Positions 6,711-12,145 of a stretch of 13,840 nt of DNA are shown here, piece by piece. This DNA is from a virus. Numbering within the stretch: the first letter of the stretch is position 1; the number at the start of each line of letters is the position of its first letter. The notes under the pieces were generated by a model, which saw only the letters and a list, made by a program, of their open reading frames with translations, was not told the origin of the DNA and did no database searches. The stretch is taken from the UHGV virus genome UHGV-0179107, one strand, 5' to 3'. Both the position numbers and the translations under genes were made by a program.

Positions 6711-6718
6711 CTGGTAGG

Positions 6719-7237
6719 TCAGAACAGTTTTTTGCTTTTTCTCCAACTAACGCCGCGTTTGCCTATGCTCAGCCAGCCGCCAGCGAATCGGGTACCTGCG
6801 GTAACACTAGCTCCCCTGGTGCCTACATGTGCATAAATACCTGCCCCACTGCTACCACCGCTTCTACGGCTTTTTCCGCCATCGATATCGAGGAGAGCAC
6901 AGATTGCACCCCACAAAAAGCCAACCAACCAATATACATATGCTAAGCCTAAAACACCCCAGGTTACCGCCCACCCCTCTAGACTAGTGGGGAAGTAGAA
7001 AGCATTGAGAACAGCATTTATAGGACGGATCAGGAGAGAATCTATAAAACCAATATCCACATGAAACGGGCCATCACCGAACTTGCTACTGCCAATAAAC
7101 AAGGTAGCAGGGTAAAAACAGATAGCCATTAACCAAGGCCCGGCTATCAAAAACGCTGCAGTGTACTGAAAGAACATTTTTACCAGTTCTTTAAAAAGCC
7201 TTTTATTTACTGATTCTTTGTCTTTCTGGAATAACAT
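6719..7237 (-). CDS. Membrane protein (172 aa) with two predicted transmembrane helices and a Gly/Ser/Arg-rich C-terminal tail
   Basis: ORF track. Hydrophobic segments FFQYTAAFLIAGPWLMAICFYPATLFI and WAVTWGVLGLAYVYWLVGFLWGAICALL; tail GKSRRSGGSSGAGIYAHVGTRGAS...SWRKSKK. A purine-rich SD-like stretch precedes ATG 7237. No family recognised. Confidence 0.65.
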   Translation of the reverse strand: MLFQKDKESVNKRLFKELVKMFFQYTAAFLIAGPWLMAICFYPATLFIGSSKFGDGPFHVDIGFIDSLLIRPINAVLNAFYFPTSLEGWAVTWGVLGLAYVYWLVGFLWGAICALLDIDGGKSRRSGGSSGAGIYAHVGTRGASVTAGTRFAGGWLSIGKRGVSWRKSKKLF

Positions 7238-7294
7238 AGCGGTACCCCTTTGCGAGAAGTTGAATTTAGTTAATAACCTGTTGGACCGTTTACA

Positions 7295-7555
7295 TTACTT
7301 AGCTTTCTTGAATCTCCCGTCCTCCTTTCTTTCGATATTGTGGTAGTCGGCATAGGCTTTCAGCCTTCTGTGCACGGTGGCTATCCCCACACCGAAGGTT
7401 TTAGCAATAACCTGTCGTGGTGTTCCCTCCTCGACCATCTTAAACATCTGTGCCGCTACATCCATTTGTGCGGCTATCTCCATTTGCTTTGCCTTTGCTT
7501 TAACTTCAGCTATCAGCTCTTCCCTCAGTCTCCTGATATCTTTAGCCCCCGTCAT
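7295..7555 (-). CDS. Small DNA-binding protein (86 aa): N-terminal coiled coil, C-terminal resolvase/Hin-type HTH
   Basis: ORF track. The segment TPRQVIAKTFGVGIATVHRRLKAY fits the resolvase-type HTH pattern (IA...GV...TV.R.L). GAGGAG precedes ATG 7555-7553. Confidence 0.6.
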   Translation of the reverse strand: MTGAKDIRRLREELIAEVKAKAKQMEIAAQMDVAAQMFKMVEEGTPRQVIAKTFGVGIATVHRRLKAYADYHNIERKEDGRFKKAK

Positions 7556-7597
7556 AAACTCCTCTCAATGCTGTTCATAAACTCATCTCAATGATGA
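7552..7597. repeat. Tandem 23-bp duplication spanning the RBS and start codon of the HTH gene
   Basis: Plus strand TCATAAACTCCTCTCAATGCTGT (7552-7574) and TCATAAACTCATCTCAATGATGA (7575-7597). On the minus strand the upstream copy creates an 8-codon uORF (MNSIERSL) whose TGA overlaps the HTH start codon. Confidence 0.6.
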
Positions 7598-7656
7598 TTA
7601 ATACAAAATCTAAGACTACCAGACCTATTAAAAATGCTTTGCCTCCTTTGCCCATC

Positions 7657-7779
7657 TCATACCTCCACACACAGAGCTAACATCAGGGCTAACACTCCAA
7701 CCACCTCAATTGCCTTAACCATGTGTGGGTGATGAAACCTAGCCTTTTGCCATGCGCTGGCACTGTTCTTGATACCCAT
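7657..7779 (-). CDS. Possible small hydrophobic peptide (40 aa), below the ORF-track cutoff
   Basis: Hand translation: MGIKNSASAWQKARFHHPHMVKAIEVVGVLALMLALCVEV. Its 5-prime leader shares a 15-mer (plus-strand TTTGCGAGAAGTTGA at 7791-7805 and 7249-7263), within a roughly 26-nt homologous region, with the leader of the membrane-protein gene. Confidence 0.3.
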   Translation of the reverse strand: MGIKNSASAWQKARFHHPHMVKAIEVVGVLALMLALCVEV

Positions 7780-8016
7780 ATCTATAACCTTTTGCGAGAA
7801 GTTGATTTGTTTGCTCGGTTGGGTGCTATCAATGCTCCCCTTCCTTGATTCGAACTATAGCCGGGTAAATCCCCGGAAAACATTGATATTGATCAAAAGA
7901 TATCTATCACGAATGAAAAAGTTATGATAGATGCTATGAGATGACGTATTGATGGGATTGATAGAGGTCTGAAAATACCGTTACCACGCTAATTATTAGA
8001 ATTTATATAATCAGGG

Positions 8017-8047
8017 TGTTGACAATTTGAGAGAATACTGATATAAT
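8017..8047 (+). promoter_or_regulatory. Consensus sigma70 promoter upstream of the capsid genes
   Basis: TTGACA (8019-8024), 17-nt spacer, TATAAT (8042-8047), with an AT-rich UP-like tract upstream (7985-8015). The 14-mer TGTTGACAATTTGA (8017-8030) is identical to the reverse complement of 4157-4170. Confidence 0.6.
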
Positions 8048-8190
8048 ATACATATACACCGTAAATCTTTGGTGAAAGTGATTTGCCGTATTTTCCTCCA
8101 AAGTAAAGGCGACCAGGTAGCGGTGCCGCCTTATAAATAACACTACCCTGATCATCGTTGAGTGGTCGATTAATTCTCCTATTGGGCTAG

Positions 8191-8199
8191 TTATCCACA
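8191..8199 (+). promoter_or_regulatory. Perfect DnaA-box consensus TTATCCACA in the capsid leader
   Basis: Exact 9-mer seen directly. It overlaps the left arm of an 8-bp inverted repeat CCACACAG / CTGTGTGG (8195-8202 and 8221-8228). Only one copy, so a chance match is possible. Confidence 0.3.
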
Positions 8200-8366
8200 C
8201 AGTTTTCTTTTGCGGGTTTTCTGTGTGGGTAGCTATCCCGAAAGGTATTTCCCCGCTGATGTGACCGCAGCCTGAACTGATTCGGGGGAGTGCCTTTCGT
8301 GATAGTGCTCTCAAGCAACCGTAACCATGTGCTATCAGCCAACTTTGTTGGTTTTCCTCATGTGGA

Positions 8367-8396
8367 ATAGCCCCCGCTTGGACGGTGCGGGGCTAT
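8367..8396 (+). terminator. Terminator-like or attenuator hairpin in the capsid leader
   Basis: ATAGCCCC(C)GC / GCGGGGCTAT stem with one bulged C and a 9-nt loop, followed by a pyrimidine-rich but imperfect U-tract (CTCCCTCTTCTTAT). Lies between the promoter and the first capsid-module gene. Confidence 0.3.
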
Positions 8397-8525
8397 CTCC
8401 CTCTTCTTATATCAATCTCCCTTTTAATAGATTTCCGGCATAACTTTTCGGCCCGAGCCTGTCGTAGTTCTAGAGGTTATGCCGGAACTCTTTGAGGGGA
8501 GTTAATTTAAATCGCAGGTGATCAA

Positions 8526-8861
8526 ATGAGAGATATGACTATCCGCACACGCGGACACATCATTTCATACGCCGCAGATGAGCAATTCTCTATTCGTGAC
8601 GTGGAAGTGAAAAATAAAGTTAAGGCTGAGATCCCGGCCGGCACTGTTGTTGTGGTGACTGAGGCTGGCGAGGTTGAGACCTTCGTTAAAGCAACGCACA
8701 CCGGTAAAACTCCGCTGCTGGTTGTAGAACGTGCTGAGGTTGGTGATGCTTTTATCGTTGTTGCCAACAAAGGCTGTTATATCAATCCGGCCTACGTGGA
8801 TAAAGACGGCTTAGCCGCTGTTATCGCTGCCAGCAATGGCGATCTGCGTGTTGCACAATAA
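8526..8861 (+). CDS. Putative head decoration or accessory capsid protein (111 aa), immediately upstream of the major capsid gene
   Basis: ORF track; AGGTG 5 nt upstream of ATG 8526. Codon usage looks typical of highly expressed genes. Position and size parallel lambda D relative to E, but no direct sequence similarity was recognised, so the product call is positional. Confidence 0.55.
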   Translation: MRDMTIRTRGHIISYAADEQFSIRDVEVKNKVKAEIPAGTVVVVTEAGEVETFVKATHTGKTPLLVVERAEVGDAFIVVANKGCYINPAYVDKDGLAAVIAASNGDLRVAQ

Positions 8862-8872
8862 GGAGGTTGAAG

Positions 8873-9919
8873 ATGGCTAAAAAAGAATTCGAAGTTCGCG
8901 ATCTGTGTGGTCTGATTAAAGACATCCCGCTGGATAACCAGATTATTTCAGCAATGGATATCTTTAACACTACTGCTCTGTGCAATACCTTTAAATTTGA
9001 ATATGACAAAGTCCGCCAGGTGAAACAAACCGCTTTCGGTCAGTATCCGCGCTACGGTGAACAGATGGCGACCATTACCGCAGATGAGCGTGAAACGGGC
9101 ACGGGTGATATGGCATTCACTGCCGCATCCAGTGCTATTTATCCTTCTGACTGGCAGGGTATTCGTGTTCCGGGCAAAGATTCCGAAGAGAATTTAGAGT
9201 CTGTTACCGCTCGGCGTGTTATTCAGTTGGGTGAAGGCTTACGCCAGACCCATGAAGAAGCACGCCAGCTTGCTCTCTTTGAGAACAAAATTATCCTCAC
9301 CAAGGGTAAAGAACTGAATGTGTGCGAACTGCTGGGCGCACAGCAAACCACCTCGGAAGTGGATTTAGCTAAAGATATCCTTAAACAGCTGCAGGACCTG
9401 GTTGCACTGAGCAAGATTAAACAGCGTGGTGTCGTTCGCGCTCTTCGTGGTTTCACCCTGTTCTGCCGTGCTGAGCTCTTTGCTGCAATTCAGACTGATG
9501 AACTGTTGAGAAAAGTGCTGTTGTTCGGCAATCAGAATATTACCGACAAAGGTCTGATGTTCCCTGAGGATATTCTGCCGGGCTTCCCGACCTTCCGCAT
9601 TCCGGGCTTAGCCCTGCGTGTGGTGCAAATGGATAGTCTGCCAGAGAATACTGCTTATCTGGTCCCACAATTCCAGCCACATGCGTTAGGCGATATGGTG
9701 GGCGTTTATACTCAATTTTTCGGCCCTTGCGCTCGCAACTTGAAGCTTGCAAACGGCGCTGCACGTGAAGCTTTCATGTATATGGAAGAGTCCAGAGGTA
9801 AACGAGAAATCTTCATTGAATCCTCTTATGCTTTCATGAACATGATGCCTGAGGTTGTGGTTAAAGTGAGTGTTAGTAACTCCGCCGCCGCTGCTCTGGC
9901 AAAAGCCAAGGCTAAATAA
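8873..9919 (+). CDS. Major capsid protein, lambda gpE-like family (348 aa from ATG 8873)
   Basis: Track start 8867 is a TTG; ATG 8873 has a perfect AGGAGG 6 nt upstream. Size and the C-terminal LPENTAYLVP segment parallel lambda gpE (341 aa; LPDNTMVLG), recalled from memory. Confidence 0.8.
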   Translation: MAKKEFEVRDLCGLIKDIPLDNQIISAMDIFNTTALCNTFKFEYDKVRQVKQTAFGQYPRYGEQMATITADERETGTGDMAFTAASSAIYPSDWQGIRVPGKDSEENLESVTARRVIQLGEGLRQTHEEARQLALFENKIILTKGKELNVCELLGAQQTTSEVDLAKDILKQLQDLVALSKIKQRGVVRALRGFTLFCRAELFAAIQTDELLRKVLLFGNQNITDKGLMFPEDILPGFPTFRIPGLALRVVQMDSLPENTAYLVPQFQPHALGDMVGVYTQFFGPCARNLKLANGAAREAFMYMEESRGKREIFIESSYAFMNMMPEVVVKVSVSNSAAAALAKAKAK

Positions 9920-9950
9920 GGTCCTTCTTCGAAGGCCAAATAAAAGCAAA

Positions 9951-9999
9951 GGGAAGAGGTGAGAGATCGGGGATAGGTCTTTCCCTCTTCCCTTTTTTT
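9951..9999 (+). terminator. Strong rho-independent terminator after the major capsid gene
   Basis: GGGAAGAGG (9951-9959) pairs with CCTCTTCCC (9984-9992), followed by TTTTTTT (9993-9999). A small CCTTC-TTC-GAAGG hairpin (9923-9935) sits just after the stop codon. Confidence 0.7.
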
Positions 10000-10033
10000 A
10001 TTATCCCCGTCTTAAGTTTTTGAGGTGTCTTTT

Positions 10034-10285
10034 ATGAAAATTGTTTTATACGGCGACCGTGACGACGTGCCTTTTGATATTATCCATATCGATGACGAGG
10101 ATCTGCCGGAATTCCTGCGTATCTCCACATTTGCCGCCTGCTATGACGTTAGCCGCCAGGCTATGCACAAGTACCGTGAATATAATAAATGCACCTGGGC
10201 CGAGACTTTCGAACATTTTATTGCACGCAAACAAACCCAGGACCGCAAAAAAGCCCTGAATGCGCATAATCGTTTTGCAAAATAA
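10034..10285 (+). CDS. Small protein (84 aa), acidic N-terminus and a possible HTH
   Basis: Track start 10025 is a GTG; ATG 10034 has GAGGTG about 7 nt upstream. The segment LRISTFAACYDVSRQAMHKY looks HTH-like by eye. Function unknown. Confidence 0.5.
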   Translation: MKIVLYGDRDDVPFDIIHIDDEDLPEFLRISTFAACYDVSRQAMHKYREYNKCTWAETFEHFIARKQTQDRKKALNAHNRFAK

Positions 10286-10359
10286 CGATAGATAGCCCTG
10301 TCTTTTTATCAGAATTCACACAGGGCCACCAAAAGATTCAATTTGGAGGCATGTTTAAT

Positions 10360-11163
10360 ATGGCTAGTGATGCTCTGACAGCTGCAAAACAAGCTGAGTC
10401 GAGATCTCCTGCATTCACTGTTATGTGTGGGGGATATTCACAAAACAAAAATATAATGGATGGCTTCAACTATACCGATAATGTGGCTATCTTCTTTGAC
10501 TCTATCTCTGATGTCAGCTATTCGTTCCCTGTTGAGAAATCGAGCTATGCGGTCGAGGATGGCACCACCATGTCAGACCATGCCGTCATTAAAGATAAAT
10601 CTGTCAGCTTTACGGGTATTATTACCTCTTCCCCTCATATCATCCGGAAAGAGAACTACATTGACCGGAACACTGATCCAGATAATCCCCGTGAGTCTAT
10701 GCGCCCTGCTGCCGCTGTTCAGGCACTTATGGAAATGAGAGACAAGCGCCAGCTAGTCAGCCTGGTGAGTGAAGATGCCGGACTCCTTGAGAACTTCATC
10801 ATGACGAAATGTGAAGTTAAGCGTAGCTCTTCCTCTGGCGACTGCATCACTATTGATTGCACCTTTGAAGAATTCCGCACCTTCAAGGTGAAGATGGTCG
10901 AAAATGCCGGAGTCTTCACTAACAGCAAGAAGGTGAACAAAACACAGCAAAAGGGTGCTGTTAACAGTGCTAAAGAGGGTAGTAACGCTGGCAATGCTGC
11001 TACGAAATCCACCAGGGCTAAGCATCGCGGGGAATATGCACAGGGAGAGGCAGCGGGAAAGATTGCCGCAGGTGATAAGTCTGTTGTGTCGAACGAGTTC
11101 CACGAAACGATGATCGATAAGGCCAACATGTTGCTTGATGACATAACGGAGATCAATAAATGA
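10360..11163 (+). CDS. Phage morphogenesis-module protein of unknown role (267 aa), with a Lys/Ala/Gly-rich low-complexity C-terminus
   Basis: ORF track 10351..11163. GGAGG (10345-10349) is 1 nt from ATG 10351 but 10 nt from ATG 10360, so 10360 is preferred. The stop overlaps the next start (ATGA at 11160-11163). Confidence 0.55.
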   Translation: MASDALTAAKQAESRSPAFTVMCGGYSQNKNIMDGFNYTDNVAIFFDSISDVSYSFPVEKSSYAVEDGTTMSDHAVIKDKSVSFTGIITSSPHIIRKENYIDRNTDPDNPRESMRPAAAVQALMEMRDKRQLVSLVSEDAGLLENFIMTKCEVKRSSSSGDCITIDCTFEEFRTFKVKMVENAGVFTNSKKVNKTQQKGAVNSAKEGSNAGNAATKSTRAKHRGEYAQGEAAGKIAAGDKSVVSNEFHETMIDKANMLLDDITEINK

Positions 11164-11618
11164 GTCCTAAAGTCCGGTGCACCATAGACAAGCGCATGAT
11201 GGATAAGCTGCATAAAGAGCTCTCACAGATGGAAGGTGTAGCGGTTGGCTGGGATGACGGAAAGCACTATAGCGGCCTGAATTATGCCACACTGGCAGCA
11301 ATTCATTCTGAGGGGTGGGGTGATTTGCCTAAGCGCTCCTTTATGGAATCTGCACACGCTGCAATGCTCTATGAGAGCCTGAGACACACAAAAGCCCTGA
11401 TTAATGCAATCGTAAAGGGTGGAAGCTCTGAGGCCGTCAGGAAGCGAATTGGCAAGCGATACGCCGACATTTTGGAGACTATCCTGATTAGTGGGCAATT
11501 CAGCAATAACAAGGTATCCCCACAATGGGCAAGCTATAAAGGCTTCAATGATGCCATGCGCCACTATGATGATTTGATCGGTGCAATCAAATACTGGTCA
11601 AATGTGGGGAGAGGTTGA
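11160..11618 (+). CDS. Putative tail-completion / virion-morphogenesis protein (152 aa), HK97 gp10 / P2 gpS-like
   Basis: ORF track; translationally coupled to the upstream gene. The segment NYATLAAIHSEGWGDLPKRSF resembles the YA-x-IH-x-FG motif recalled for these head-tail joining families. Assignment is from memory, not a search. Confidence 0.55.
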   Translation: MSPKVRCTIDKRMMDKLHKELSQMEGVAVGWDDGKHYSGLNYATLAAIHSEGWGDLPKRSFMESAHAAMLYESLRHTKALINAIVKGGSSEAVRKRIGKRYADILETILISGQFSNNKVSPQWASYKGFNDAMRHYDDLIGAIKYWSNVGRG

Positions 11619-11959
11619 AAAAGACAATAGTGTTCTTTTGAGGCCGTAGTGATACACCACAAATCAGCCCCTTTCCACTTCTTTTTCTCGCGATTGGTCC
11701 CTTGTGAGAATCCTTTATCAGGTATGCATTGTCCCGTGCATGAGCGGTCGATAGAGCCAGCCTCTTTCCCGGACTGGTTAGGATTTAGTGCGCTGATTGA
11801 GCGCCGCTATCACTGTTAGCCTGTTTATCGTTGCCTGGTTTGTGCATCACTGCACCCCCTGGGCACCGGACCCGCCTCAAAGGTCGGATCATCACAATTG
11901 GCGGGGCGGTTTTATAGTCGCTTTAAGGTTTATAGGCCGGAGTTGACTTACCTTCCGGC

Positions 11960-12007
11960 AACCTGCTAACATTAGTCTCGCGAGAGGTTGATTTTTGTTA
12001 GCAGGTT
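11960..12007. repeat. Perfect 12-bp inverted repeat with a nested palindrome in the convergent intergenic region
   Basis: AACCTGCTAACA (11960-11971) and TGTTAGCAGGTT (11996-12007), separated by 24 nt that contain the 10-bp palindrome TCTCGCGAGA (11976-11985). Confidence 0.6.
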
Positions 12008-12036
12008 CGCCCCGCATCAAAAGGATACCGGAGAAG

Positions 12037-12067
12037 AGCCCCTTTGTTAACACTTAGGGGCTTTTTT
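12037..12067 (+). terminator. Intrinsic terminator, plus-strand orientation
   Basis: AGCCCCT (12037-12043) pairs with AGGGGCT (12056-12062) around a 12-nt loop, followed by TTTTT (12063-12067). The minus-strand side has an A-run before the stem and no U-tract after it. Confidence 0.5.
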
Positions 12068-12145
12068 CTTGCCTGGAGTTTATCCGGTTAAGCTAACTTA
12101 TTGATTTTGATCACAATATCAGTAAAGCTGCACTATCTTCCAGCA

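Noticed and set aside
7340-7594. Plus-strand ORFs 7340..7594 and 7377..7580
   Set aside because: Antisense to the 86-aa HTH gene; low-complexity products.
7840-7860. tRNA (GATTCGAACT resembles a T-loop)
   Set aside because: The flanks cannot form a 5-bp T-arm stem and no acceptor or anticodon arm could be built by eye. No other T-loop-like sequence (e.g. GGTTCGCCCC at 12004) fits either.
8003-8314. Minus-strand ORF (103 aa, TTG start) across the capsid promoter and leader
   Set aside because: Starts at a TTG with no RBS, overlaps the consensus promoter, and has an implausible sequence.
8522-9949. ORFs antisense to or overlapping the capsid genes (8522..8770, 8821..9009, 9223..9456, 9540..9764, 9686..9949)
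   Set aside because: Shadow ORFs of strongly supported capsid genes.
10041-11564. Alternative-frame and antisense ORFs in the morphogenesis operon (10041..10259, 10046..10267, 10460..10738, 10719..11213, 10753..11103, 11223..11564)
   Set aside because: They overlap genes that are better supported by RBS, coupling and plausible products; several are low-complexity.
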